Origin: an uncultured bacterium | GTDB lineage: Bacteria; Chloroflexota; UBA5177; JANWHV01 | Assembly: GCA_963729625.1 (NCBI GenBank) | Contig: CAVSOU010000011.1 | Location: 128,001 to 192,000, forward strand | Length of the DNA: 64,000 bases | Direction of reading: 5' to 3' | Part shown: one piece after another, positions 34,125 through 44,389 of the stretch | Numbering within the stretch: the stretch's first letter is position 1 | How the letters are laid out: each line of letters opens with the position of its first letter | Translations under genes and position numbers: made by a program | Notes under the pieces: model-generated | Databases searched by the model: none | Seen by the model: only the letters and a program-made list of their open reading frames with translations | What the model was told of the DNA's origin: nothing

Positions 34125-34208
34125 CCTGAATGTAGTTCACACTCAGCAGTTTATTACGTTCACAAGCAGTTGTCAACGTTGTTCACGACACTCCTGAATG
34201 TAGTTCAC
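34125..34208 (-). promoter_or_regulatory. Sigma70 promoter for the HTH-Z1 gene embedded in a phased operator array
   Basis: Minus TTGACA (34176-34171), 17 nt, TAAACT (34153-34148). GTTCAC at 34135, 34158, 34181, 34203; 16-bp direct repeat CCTGAATGTAGTTCAC at both ends. Confidence 0.7.
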
Positions 34209-34513
34209 GAACATCGCAGGGTTCTCTAGTAGGGTAGAGAACAGGATTGGGCCCGCCTGAGACGTGGAATCCACGGCAAGGGCACGAGTACGACGTTCTG
34301 CGCGGGATGACTAGCCGAGGCCCGGCCACGCGACATCTCGCATCGGCCGACGATGAGCGCAAGCCGGCTGCGGCATGGCTGGGCTCGAGGGTTCCTGATC
34401 AGTGTGAATCGCCTGGGCGGCGGATCGGGGCAGTGCCCCTGCGCGACTCAAGTCGCGGTATGCTTGCCTCAGCAGAGACTAGCTGCTGAGGATCGTTGTC
34501 GAGGCGAGGTGAA

Positions 34514-34695
34514 ATGATGCCGAGAAATCCGTTGTTCTCCACCTATCGGCAGGGCGAGAATCGCGTCACCGCCTCCATGCTCGCCGTCTTCGAGCGACTA
34601 GACTTTTCGTTGCTCGAACGACTCCTGCATGCCGTCCAGGCGAAGCCTCACTGCCATTTGTGTAGTTCACCAATCAGGTCGCTGCGAAATGCCTA
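34514..34695 (+). pseudogene. N-terminal fragment of an R-M-associated hypothetical (putative nuclease) gene
   Basis: MPRNPLFSTYRQGENRVTASMLAVF with good RBS, then frameshift and stop. Confidence 0.5.
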
Positions 34696-34718
34696 GCCTG
34701 GAGGGGAAGCACACGGAT

Positions 34719-37697
34719 ATGACCCAGGTTGTGATCGAGAATCCGATTATTAACTCGCCATATGACGAGCCGTCTCGCCATTTCAGGTTTTCCGACGAGG
34801 GGATCACAAATGAGATAGCTGCCGGCCGGCGCACCAGCTCGTATTTCATCCCCATCGCCAGGCCGAAGAAGAAGAACAAGCTTCAGCCTGTCCTCGACAC
34901 GGAGTGGGTGCAGGATCGTATCGAAGAGAACAAGGAGATCAACCAGATACGCGACCGCGTCGCGCAATGGCGCCGCGGCGGTTACCTCGGCGTCACGCCG
35001 GTTACGGCTCGCCTGATCGCCTACTGGATCGATCCGGGCCGCGATAGGAAGCTCTTCTTCTGCCAAAATGAGGCGCTCGAGACCGCGATCTACATCACCG
35101 AAGTGGCCAAGAGGTACGGAGACGCTTGGATCGAGAATGAGCTCCGCGCGGCGAACGATACCTCCAACCCCGGGCTGCCGCGTATCGCCTTCAAGATGGC
35201 GACTGGATCAGGCAAGACGGTCGTCATGGCCATGCTTATCGCCTGGCAAACACTCAACAAGCAGGCGAGCTCGCAGGATGCCCGGTTCTCCGATACTTTC
35301 CTGATCGTCACGCCCGGAATCACCATCCGGGATCGGCTGCGGGTCCTACTGCCGAACGATCCTCAGAACTATTACCGCCAACGCGACATCGTTCCGGCAC
35401 AGCTTCAAGAGCAGCTCGGGCAGGCCAAGATTCTGATCACCAACTACCATGCTTTCCAGCTGCGCGAGACGGTTGAGGCCGGCAAGATCACAAAGTCGAT
35501 ACTCGCCAAAGGCCGGCCGAGCCCGTTTGTCGAAACGCCCGACCAGATGGTGCGCCGCGCCTGTCGGGAACTCGGCACCAAGAAGCAGATCATTGTCATC
35601 AATGACGAGGCCCATCACTGCTACCGCCGCAAACCCGATGGTGAGGACGAAGCACTAACCGGCGACGATCGTGTCGAAGCCAAGACGCGTGAAGAAGAGG
35701 CGCGTATCTGGATTTCCGGCATCGAGGCCGTGAAAGAGAAGATCGGCGTGAAAGCCATTTACGACCTTTCGGCCACGCCGTTCTTCTTGCGAGGCTCGGG
35801 CTACCCCGAAGGCACGTTGTTCCCTTGGGTCGTCTCTGACTTCTCTCTGATCGACGCCATCGAGGCCGGAATCGTCAAAGTGCCACGGGTGCCAGTGGCG
35901 GACGATTCGATGACTGGCGAGCAACCCACCTACCGCGACCTCTGGCTCCGCATTCGCGATCATCTGCCCAAGAAAGGACGAAAAACCGACGAGGTGGGAG
36001 GCGAGCCAAATCTGCCGGTTGAACTGCAGGGTGCGCTGCTCAGTCTCTATGGCAACTACGAGAAGTACTACCGCCTGTGGGAGCAGAATGCCCAGGCTCA
36101 TGCCCGCGGTATCACGCCGCCGGTCTTCATCGTCGTCTGTAACAACACCAACGTCTCCAAACTCGTGTTTGACTATATTGCTGGCTGGGAGAAGCGGATT
36201 GGCGACCAGACCATCGTCCAGGCCGGCCAACTAGCCATATTCCGCAACGACGACGGCAACGGCGCCTGGTTGCAACGCCCGAATACCGTCCTGGTGGACA
36301 GCCAGCAGCTCGAATCCGGTGGCTCAATGAGCGACGACTTCAAGAAGGTCGCCGCCCGCGAGATCGATGAGTTCAAAGCTGACTATCGCGCCCGCTTTCC
36401 TGGCCGCGATGCCGAGAGCCTTACCGACGAGGATCTGCTCCGCGAAGTGATGAATACCGTCGGCAAGGCCGGTAAACTCGGCGAGCATGTCAAGTGCGTG
36501 GTCAGTGTCTCAATGCTTACTGAGGGCTGGGACGCCAACACCGTCACGCACGTGCTCGGCGTCCGCGCATTTGGCACGCAGTTGCTGTGCGAGCAAGTAG
36601 TCGGCCGCGGCCTGCGTCGTATGAGCTACGCGGCAAATGAAATGGGGCATTTCGACCCCGAGTACGCGGAAGTCTACGGCGTACCGTTCTCCTTCATCCC
36701 CTGCAGCGGCGCCACGGTCGAACCGAAACTCGGCCCGCTGCCCACCCGAGTGCGCGCCCTCGAGAGCCGCATCGCCAGCGAGATAACCTTTCCTCGGCTG
36801 CTTGGCTACCGCTACGACGTGGCCGGCGAGCGACTGGCCGCGACGTTCACCGATGAATCCAGGCTTGCGCTCTCGACTGCCGACATCCCGACCAAGACTG
36901 AGAACGCACCGATCGTGGGTGAATCAAGCATCCACACCCTCGACGATCTCAAGCACCGCCGGCTCAACGAGGTCGCCTTCCTGCTTGCCAAGCTCACGTT
37001 GGAGAAGTACTTTCGCGATGACGACGGTAACGACAAGCCCTGGCTGTTCCCCCAACTACTCTACATCGCGAAACGGTGGCTTGCTGAGTGCGTCACGCTC
37101 AAGGACAACACGTTCCCCCAGCTACTGCTGCTGATTGGGTTCGCGCATGACGCCGTCGATCGCATATACAAGGCCATCGTCGCCTCAACTGACGGCACCT
37201 CCGCTCTCAAGCCGATCTTGCGACCGTACGACACCGTCGGCTCGACCCGCTATGTCGACTTCGACACTACGCGGCCGGTATTTTCCACACGCGCGGACAA
37301 GTGCCACATCTCCCATGTGGTGGCCGATACGGACTCCTGGGAGCAGAAGATGGCGCAAGCCATCGAGGACCCGCCCGAGGTAACGCGCTATGTCAAGAAT
37401 CACAACCTCGGTTTCACTATCCCGTACACCTTGAATGGTGAGGAGAAGAACTACATTCCGGACTTCATCGTTTGCGTCGAAGACGGCCACGGCCCGAACG
37501 ATCTCCTGAACCTGATCATCGAAGTGACCGGCGAGAAGAAGAAGGACAAGGCTGCAAAGGTCGCCACCGCGAGGACGCTGTGGGTACCGGCGATAAACAA
37601 CCACGGCGGCTTCGGGCGCTGGGCTTTCCTGGAAGTGGCAGATCCGTGGGACGCGCAGAGTCTCATCCGCGGTTTTCTGAAGGGGAGAGCAGCATGA
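34719..37697 (+). CDS. res: Type III restriction enzyme Res subunit (BPTD_3080-like)
   Basis: KMATGSGKT, NDEAHHCY, LSATP, MLTEGWD, QVVGRGLRR, YIPDF...IIEVTG nuclease. Confidence 0.92.
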   Translation: MTQVVIENPIINSPYDEPSRHFRFSDEGITNEIAAGRRTSSYFIPIARPKKKNKLQPVLDTEWVQDRIEENKEINQIRDRVAQWRRGGYLGVTPVTARLIAYWIDPGRDRKLFFCQNEALETAIYITEVAKRYGDAWIENELRAANDTSNPGLPRIAFKMATGSGKTVVMAMLIAWQTLNKQASSQDARFSDTFLIVTPGITIRDRLRVLLPNDPQNYYRQRDIVPAQLQEQLGQAKILITNYHAFQLRETVEAGKITKSILAKGRPSPFVETPDQMVRRACRELGTKKQIIVINDEAHHCYRRKPDGEDEALTGDDRVEAKTREEEARIWISGIEAVKEKIGVKAIYDLSATPFFLRGSGYPEGTLFPWVVSDFSLIDAIEAGIVKVPRVPVADDSMTGEQPTYRDLWLRIRDHLPKKGRKTDEVGGEPNLPVELQGALLSLYGNYEKYYRLWEQNAQAHARGITPPVFIVVCNNTNVSKLVFDYIAGWEKRIGDQTIVQAGQLAIFRNDDGNGAWLQRPNTVLVDSQQLESGGSMSDDFKKVAAREIDEFKADYRARFPGRDAESLTDEDLLREVMNTVGKAGKLGEHVKCVVSVSMLTEGWDANTVTHVLGVRAFGTQLLCEQVVGRGLRRMSYAANEMGHFDPEYAEVYGVPFSFIPCSGATVEPKLGPLPTRVRALESRIASEITFPRLLGYRYDVAGERLAATFTDESRLALSTADIPTKTENAPIVGESSIHTLDDLKHRRLNEVAFLLAKLTLEKYFRDDDGNDKPWLFPQLLYIAKRWLAECVTLKDNTFPQLLLLIGFAHDAVDRIYKAIVASTDGTSALKPILRPYDTVGSTRYVDFDTTRPVFSTRADKCHISHVVADTDSWEQKMAQAIEDPPEVTRYVKNHNLGFTIPYTLNGEEKNYIPDFIVCVEDGHGPNDLLNLIIEVTGEKKKDKAAKVATARTLWVPAINNHGGFGRWAFLEVADPWDAQSLIRGFLKGRAA

Positions 37698-38551
37698 GCG
37701 AGGAGCAGCCTGCCGAAGGACACGGCAAGATGATTGTCTTTGGCGCCAAGGAGATCCGCCGAATCTGGCACGATGACGAGTGGTTCTTCTCGGTCGTGGA
37801 CATCGTCGGTGCGCTCACCGACAGCGAGAATCCGCGCAACTACTGGAACATGATGAAGGCTCGAGAGCAACGGCAGAGCGAAGTTCAGTTGTCCACGCTT
37901 TGTGTACAACTGAAGGTGCCCTCCTCTGACGGCAAGAGCTACAAGACCGACTGCGTGAACACTGAAGCCGCTTTCCGCATCATCCAGTCCATCCCCAGCC
38001 CGAGGGCGGAGCCCTTCAAGCGCTGGCTGGCAGAGGTCGGATATGAACGCGTTCAGGAGATCGAGAACCCCGAGCTTGCGCAGCAGCGGATGCGAAGCCT
38101 TTACCAGCAGAAGGGCTATCCAGACGATTGGATTGAGAAGCGCGTGCGCGGCATCGCCGTGCGTGACGAGCTGACGGGCGAATGGCAGAAACGCGGCATC
38201 GCCGACCAACGAGATTTCTCGATCCTCACTGCTGAGATCGCCAAAGCTACCTTTGGTCTGACTCCCTCCCAATACAAAGAGCTCAAGGGTTTGAAGCGCG
38301 AGAACCTGCGCGACCACATGACCGACCTCGAGCTAATCTTCACCATGCTGGGCGAGGCAGCCACTACGGAGATCGCGCGCACGACGGACGCCCAGGGCTT
38401 TGTCCCCAACAAACGCGCCGCCCGCGAGGGCGGTGCGGTCGCGGGTACTGCCCGCCGCCAGCTTGAATCCAAATCGGGCCGGAAGGTTACTACCAGCGGC
38501 AACTACTTGAGCGACAAGCCCGCGCCCAGCCTGCCGCCCAGATCGGAGTAA
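37694..38551 (+). CDS. Bro-N domain DNA-binding protein (antirepressor-like)
   Basis: EWFFSVVDIVGALTDS, IIQSIPSPRAEPFKRWLA, NLRDHMTDLELIF; ATGA overlap with res. Confidence 0.85.
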   Translation: MSEEQPAEGHGKMIVFGAKEIRRIWHDDEWFFSVVDIVGALTDSENPRNYWNMMKAREQRQSEVQLSTLCVQLKVPSSDGKSYKTDCVNTEAAFRIIQSIPSPRAEPFKRWLAEVGYERVQEIENPELAQQRMRSLYQQKGYPDDWIEKRVRGIAVRDELTGEWQKRGIADQRDFSILTAEIAKATFGLTPSQYKELKGLKRENLRDHMTDLELIFTMLGEAATTEIARTTDAQGFVPNKRAAREGGAVAGTARRQLESKSGRKVTTSGNYLSDKPAPSLPPRSE

Positions 38552-38559
38552 TTGCGATC

Positions 38560-41217
38560 ATGGAACGTGTGAAGCCCGCCAAGAGCGTCAAGCCGGCGCA
38601 GGTCGACTCCATTCGCCACAAGGACCGGAGGTCCAATATACCCACGGAGGAGCTGCGCGACTTCGTCGCGGATGATGAGTCAGCGCCGAGTACGATGCTA
38701 TACCCGCGCGATCCCTCGCTCGATCCGCAACTGGTCTGGAAGGGCAAGGACGAACAGGACCGCGAGGATCTCGCGGTACCAGTGGTGCCGATCTATATCC
38801 AGGAGAAGATCCACCCACAGGCGATTATCGACGACCTTTTGGCCCACGCCAGACGCCCGGCAGATGGCCGCTTGGCCGAGGAGGCAGCCGCCTATCAGCT
38901 CGAGCTATTCGAGGACTTCAACGGCGGGCCTCACGACTTCGAGCAGAAGGTCGAGTTCTATTACCACGATCAGAACTGGACCAACCGCATGGTCCTGGGC
39001 GACTCCCTGCTGGTTATGACCTCCCTGGCTGAGAAAGAGGGGCTGAAAGGGAAGGTCCAGACTGTCTACCTCGACCCTCCATACGGCATCTAGTTCGGCT
39101 CCGACTGGCAGGTCAGCACGCGCAAGCGCGATGTGAAAGACGGCAAGGCCGAGGACGCCACGCGCCAGCCAGAGCAGGTACGCGCGTTTCGCGACACCTG
39201 GAAGCTCGGAATACACTCCTACCTAGCGTACTTACGCGACCGTCTGCTGGTCGCTCGTAGCCTATTGACTGAAACGGGCAGCATCTTCGTACAGATTGGC
39301 GATGAGAACGTCCATCTTGTGCGAAACGTGTTGGACGAAGTATTTGGACGGAGCAATTTCTCCGGACAGATCTCTTTCACAAAGACAAGTGGAAGTACAG
39401 CAAGCACGATTCCCTCTGTCTCAGACTACCTGCTATGGTATGCCAAGAACGCTGAGGACGTTAAGTATAGAAAGCTATTCGTTTCAACAGCACCGGGAAG
39501 CGCCGGAGCGGTTGAGTACAAGAGGGTAGAGCTAGCTGACGGCACTAACGCACCAATAAGCCAGTTCATCTCGGATAAACAGCTGGTTCTACCCGCTGAT
39601 GCTAGGATATTCGCAACGGATAGCATAGTTTCTGCAGGTGGTGACGATCCGGATATTGATCTCGAGTGGAATGGAACGAGCTTTCGTCTGTCGTGTAAAC
39701 CAAACCGTCATTGGAAACCTGGGGTAGACGGGATCAAGAGGCTGTGGTCAGTGGGACGGCTTCTTCGTCAGCAAGGACTTCGAATCTACAAGCGGTATTT
39801 TGACGACTTTCCATATCGAGAATTAGTGAAGAATTGGACCGACACCCGTGGCGAGGACGACTCGGTCTACGTCGTACAGACCAATACAAAGGTAATTGAG
39901 CGCTGCCTGTTAATGACCACCGACCCTGGAGATCTGATACTCGACCCAACTTGCGGTAGTGGCACGTCTGCTTTCGTTGCTGAGCAATGGGGGCGCCGCT
40001 GGATCACGTGTGATACCAGCCGAGTTGCATTGGCCCTGGCCCGCACGCGCCTGATGGCTGCTAAGTACCCGTACTACCTTCTCGCCGATTCATCCGAGGG
40101 CAATAGGAAGGAAGCAGAACTTACGGGCAAGCTGGCGCCGGATTACCTGATAGAAGGCGACGTTAGCAAGGGCTTCGTCTACAAACGGGTGCCGCACGTT
40201 ATGCTCAAGTCGATCGCAAATAGCCCGGACATCGTGGAGGGGATGACACGGGAGCAACTTGATGCAGCGATCGCGCGCCACGCCGACAGTGAGACGCTGT
40301 TCGACCAGCCCTACGAGGACAACAAGCGAGTCCGTGTGTGCGGACCCTTCTCGGTCGAAAGCCTGTCGCCACATCGCGTGCTGTCCATCGCCGAAGATAG
40401 CGTTAGCGGAACGGTCAGCGAGCAGGAGGGCCAGCAGCAGCAAGACTTTGCCGTAATGATCCTCGAGAACCTCAAGAAGGCGGGCGTGCAGAACACGCGC
40501 AAGGCAGAGCGGCTCACATTTGACCGTCTGGATCCCTATGCAGGAGCGTGGTTGAACGCAGCCGGTGAATACACGGGCGCCGATGGCAAGACACGGCGTG
40601 TGGCCGTTTCCATCGGTCCTGAACATGGCACCGTCGGGCCGGATCAGGTGAAGGAAGCGGCCAAGGAGGCCGTGCAGGGTATCGGCTTCGACGTGCTTGT
40701 TGTCTGCGGCTTCGCCTTTGATCCCCACGTCGGCGAAGAGGCAAAACGCTACGGCAAGCTGACCGTGTTGCCCACCAAGATGAATCCCGATCTGGCCATG
40801 GGCAATGAGCTGCTCAAGAAGACGGGCGCCGGCAATCTGTTCATGGTGTTCGGCGAGCCAGATGTGGAAATCACGAGACGAGCGGACGACCAGATCGTCG
40901 TCGAGATCAAGGGTGTCGACGTCTACGATCCAACCACGGGGCAGATACGCAGCGCGTCGACCGACGATATCGCCTGCTGGTTCATCGATACCGACTACAA
41001 CGGCGAGAGTTTCTTCGTTCGTCATGCCTACTTCACCGGGGCGGATGAGCCATACGAGAAGCTGAAACGAGCGCTACGGGTAGAGATCGACGAAGGCGCC
41101 TGGAGCAGCCTCTACAGCACGGTAAGCCGTACCTTCGAAAGACCGAAGTTGGGCGAGATCGCGGTGAAGGTCATCAATCACTACGGCGACGAAGTGCTGA
41201 AGGTCTTTGCAGTCTGA
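38560..41217 (+). pseudogene. mod: Type III R-M Mod methyltransferase interrupted by an in-frame TAG at 39091-39093
   Basis: DPPYGI*FGSDWQ (motif IV), later LDPTCGSGTS (motif I); both ORF halves are in the same frame. Confidence 0.88.
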
Positions 41218-41228
41218 CGGTGTCTGCG

Positions 41229-41384
41229 GATGAAGCCCGCTGGCAGACTACCGGGATGATTGGTGGCCTTGTGGTCGTCGTCCTGCATACCTGGCCGGAT
41301 GACGAGGATGAACCGGGGCGGATTATCAGCGCTCGACAAGCAACACGGCGCGAGCGAAAGGAGTACGAACATGGCACAGTATGA
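41229..41384 (+). pseudogene. brnT: BrnT toxin, 5' half missing
   Basis: DEARWQTTGMIGGLVVVVLHT...GRIISARQATRRERKEYE; no N-terminal FEWDxxK..N..KHG. Confidence 0.75.
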
Positions 41385-41655
41385 AGACCTGACCCCTGCC
41401 CAGCGCGCGGAGATCGACGTCTTGGCAGCGCGGGCCGACGAGGAAATCGACCTCTCCGATATTCCCGAGATTACCGACTGGAGCGATGCGAAGCGCGGAC
41501 TGTTCTACCGGCCGATCAAGCAGCAGTTAACCTTGCGGCTGGATGCAGACGTTGTGGCTTGGTTCAAGGCGCACGCCTCGAAGGATGCAGGATACCAGAC
41601 GACGATCAACCGCGTGCTGCGCGCGTACGTCACGGAGCACGCACGCTCTGCCTGA
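41371..41655 (+). CDS. brnA: BrnA antitoxin
   Basis: IDLSDIPE, KQQLTLRLDADVVAWFK, GYQTTINRVLR; AAGGAG RBS. Confidence 0.9.
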   Translation: MAQYEDLTPAQRAEIDVLAARADEEIDLSDIPEITDWSDAKRGLFYRPIKQQLTLRLDADVVAWFKAHASKDAGYQTTINRVLRAYVTEHARSA

Positions 41656-41919
41656 TATGTAACTCGTCTAGATCCCGGCCTCGCGCCGCAAAGCGCGCGG
41701 TCGATTCCGTCCCGAAGCCATTCCTGATCAAGCGCATCGTGCGGATAGCGCTCGTCGAGGCCGATCGCGTCTGCGTGCGCTTCGCGCATCTTACTCGTGT
41801 TACACATCGTTTACGAATTGATGACGTTGCGACAATGTGTGCGCTCTACATTGTGTTCATGGGCACAAGACCGCCGTTCGGCAGCCTTGCCCGACAAGTA
41901 GCCTGTACAGGAGAAAGTC

Positions 41920-42633
41920 ATGATCGAACACCGCTCCGTCTCGCGTATGCTCTTCACGGCCGCTCTGGGCGGCCTGGTTCTTGCCGGCACGCTCGTGCCT
42001 GCCGCCGGTCACGCCGCGGCCCTGACCGTTCGACCTCAGTCCTTCACCGTCGTGTCCGTACCGAGCGCCACGCCCAATACGCTGATTGTGCAGCGCAGCG
42101 TCACGGGTCCCGAAATCACCGTCACGCTCAGTCCCGCGGCCACCATCGTCCGCCGGTTTGATGGCAAGTCCAATCTCGGCGAGTTCAGCAGCGGCGACCA
42201 CGTCCTTATCACGCGGGTGGCGCCACCCGTGGCCACCGGCGCCGCGACAACCGCGCCTGCGGCAGCCATCACGGCCAGTGCCGTGAAGGATGACAGTATT
42301 CAGGTCGGTTACACCCAGATCAACGGCCGGGTCGTCTTCCTCAATCAGGCGCTCAACCAACTGGTGCTGATCGTCACGGCCGACGAAGGTAAGCTGTCTG
42401 CCATTCCCGTCGGGGACCGCGCGTTCGTCGATGTGACCCCCACCACCCCGGTCAGTCTGGTGGGCAAGCCGGCTGCTACCATGGCCGACGTGCGGCCGGG
42501 CATGGTCCTCACCATGTGGGGTCTGACGCAGAATGAAGCCCATGTGCTGTTCGCCCCGCACGACATCACCCAGCTGCTGGGCAACGCGGCCTCCCTCACG
42601 AAGGTGGCGCCGAACGATAGCACACCAAGGTAA
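41920..42633 (+). CDS. Secreted hypothetical protein (OB-fold/DUF5666-like repeats)
   Basis: Signal peptide ending AAA; beta-rich repeats GDHVLI, PGMVLTMWG; RBS AGGAGA. Confidence 0.65.
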   Translation: MIEHRSVSRMLFTAALGGLVLAGTLVPAAGHAAALTVRPQSFTVVSVPSATPNTLIVQRSVTGPEITVTLSPAATIVRRFDGKSNLGEFSSGDHVLITRVAPPVATGAATTAPAAAITASAVKDDSIQVGYTQINGRVVFLNQALNQLVLIVTADEGKLSAIPVGDRAFVDVTPTTPVSLVGKPAATMADVRPGMVLTMWGLTQNEAHVLFAPHDITQLLGNAASLTKVAPNDSTPR

Positions 42634-42658
42634 CTTACCGAACGCACGCGCATGCGCC

Positions 42659-42694
42659 GAGGACCCTGCCACACGATTCGGAGGCAGGGTCCTC
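42659..42694 (+). terminator. Hairpin downstream of 41920-42633
   Basis: GAGGACCCTGCC / GGCAGGGTCCTC 12-bp stem. Confidence 0.6.
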
Positions 42695-43059
42695 ACGTGT
42701 GCCGGGTCCGGCGCCCGTGTGCTGTATCGGAATCCGCCGTCCGTGCGCGCTGCGTGTGCTTGCGCAATGTCGGCGAGCCCAACATGCCGGGCGCGGTAAC
42801 CGGCACAGACGGACATCCCTGGGCTCCGGCCGTGCGCTTGGCCAGAGACTCCAGAGCACCAGGGCGAGCAGAGCTACCGGCGCCCGGGGCCGGAAAGGCG
42901 GCGATGTCGGGCCACGTATCAGCCCGTCACGACCGGGCGTCGAGGGGCAGACGCCGGTGTTCGGACGTGCTTGCCGGCAGCATCTGGGCGGCGCTGGTCA
43001 GCGCTTCTTCAGCCCATTCGTTGACACCAGGAGACTCTCGACGTCGCTCCACCGGATGT

Positions 43060-43545
43060 CCGACCGAGTCGAGTCCTAGCTTGCAGACTGTCGAGGAGCG
43101 CCAGCGTGGGCATGCTCTCGGGAAAGAGTCGGGCGATCTCCGCAGCCCGATTGGGGAGTGCCTGTATAGCCAATGCCTGACGCTGCTCGCCTTCGTGGGT
43201 GCCGAAAGTCGTTCCACAACAGGCGAACGCGGAGAATGGATCCTACCTTCGAGCCTCAGTGGTCATTTCGAAGCTGGCGGGATCGTAGATCAGGACGTTC
43301 GGGCTCGCGCCGTCACCACCGTTGCTCCCATTCAATCGGCGATATGCCGACTCGGCGGAGCGTCTGGCCTGCAGGGGCGACCCACCGGCAGAGACTGAGA
43401 TCGCTCGGGGGGCTTCCAAGCCCCTTAGCAGGTCCGCGAAGTCGCGCTGCGAGTCATACCAGACCACTACTCGGGGTTCACGCAGCAGGGCGTTGACGCG
43501 GTCACGGATATGGGCGGAGACCGGCCCCGGCGCGGCAGTCGTCAT
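43060..43545 (-). pseudogene. pglZ: N-terminal fragment of BREX PglZ
   Basis: RVVVWYDSQRDF...LIYDP...ARR*DPFSAFACCGTTFG...ALAIQALP; in-frame TAG at 43243, then truncation. Confidence 0.7.
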
Positions 43546-43586
43546 CTATATCCTCGCGCCTCACTCCTATCGTGAAGCCATGCCGA

Positions 43587-43700
43587 GATTCACGTGCCAC
43601 GATGTCTGCGTCGATGCCCCAGGATTCACGTGCCACGATGTCTGCGCCGATGCCCCAGGATTCACGTGCCACGATGTCTGCGTCGATGCCCCAGGATTCA
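43587..43700. repeat. Tandem repeat 3 x 36 bp ending in a REP-like palindrome
   Basis: GATTCACGTGCCACGATGTCTGCG(T/C)CGATGCCCCAG x3, no spacers; followed by CCCAGGATTCATCCTGGG. Confidence 0.9.
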
Positions 43701-43819
43701 TCCTGGGCAGCCTCATGGCCCACCTAGCGTGGGCTTCGGCCCGCTTCCGCGGGTTCACCTTGGCCTGAGTTTAGTGGTGGCCTCCGATGCCAGCCTTAAT
43801 GGTCGAGCGCGTGCAGCTG

Positions 43820-44389
43820 TCAGGGGCCCATGTCCTTTGCGCCTGTTCCATTTGGCGGTTCTTCAGCTTGCCGACTTCGCCCCTGCTCGCGCAGGAGCAA
43901 CGTGGCTTCTAGCAGCGGGAGCATGGCCAAATCCTTGGCGCGACCAGCAGCCCGCTTTGCCTTCATCAGACCGGCGAGGTCGAGTACTGCGACATCAAGT
44001 TCATCAAAGCGGACAGTGGCCGCCTCACGAAGGACTTCCGGATATCCACCCAATCCGTCTACCTGGCTCAGTAGATCGATCGGACCAGCATCAGTTTGCA
44101 GAGTCAAGTTCGGTGAATCGCGCAGAGTGCGCTCGTCCCAACGCCAAGGAAGCGTGTGGGCCACCTCGTCCGGCATCCCTTCCACGCGCAAGCGTGGAGC
44201 GAGCGGCGCGAGGGCGTCAACCAGGCGAGCACGGTTTTCGGAGTCTGAATCGTAGCAGAAGTCGACGTCCTGCGTGACGAAGGGGACCCCCATGGCCACG
44301 GCTGCCATGCCGCCGATCAGCACCACACGAGCGCCGGTTTCGCGAAAGCGGCGCAGGAATTGGAACGTGTCGAGCTTCGGCGTGTTCAT
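43820..44389 (-). CDS. Pol-beta superfamily nucleotidyltransferase (putative TA toxin)
   Basis: VLIGGMAA...TQDVDF, GPIDLL, LMKAKRAAGRAKD. Confidence 0.8.
   Translation of the reverse strand: MNTPKLDTFQFLRRFRETGARVVLIGGMAAVAMGVPFVTQDVDFCYDSDSENRARLVDALAPLAPRLRVEGMPDEVAHTLPWRWDERTLRDSPNLTLQTDAGPIDLLSQVDGLGGYPEVLREAATVRFDELDVAVLDLAGLMKAKRAAGRAKDLAMLPLLEATLLLREQGRSRQAEEPPNGTGAKDMGP

Noticed and set aside
34663-43245. Three in-frame TAG codons (34663, 39091, 43243) as amber recoding or pyrrolysine
   Set aside because: Intact genes here terminate at TAG (e.g. 12506, 14138, 15476). Two of the three genes are also truncated or frameshifted, and no pyl genes are present.
43587-43700. 36-bp repeats as a CRISPR array
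   Set aside because: The units are contiguous with no unique spacers, and there are no cas genes.
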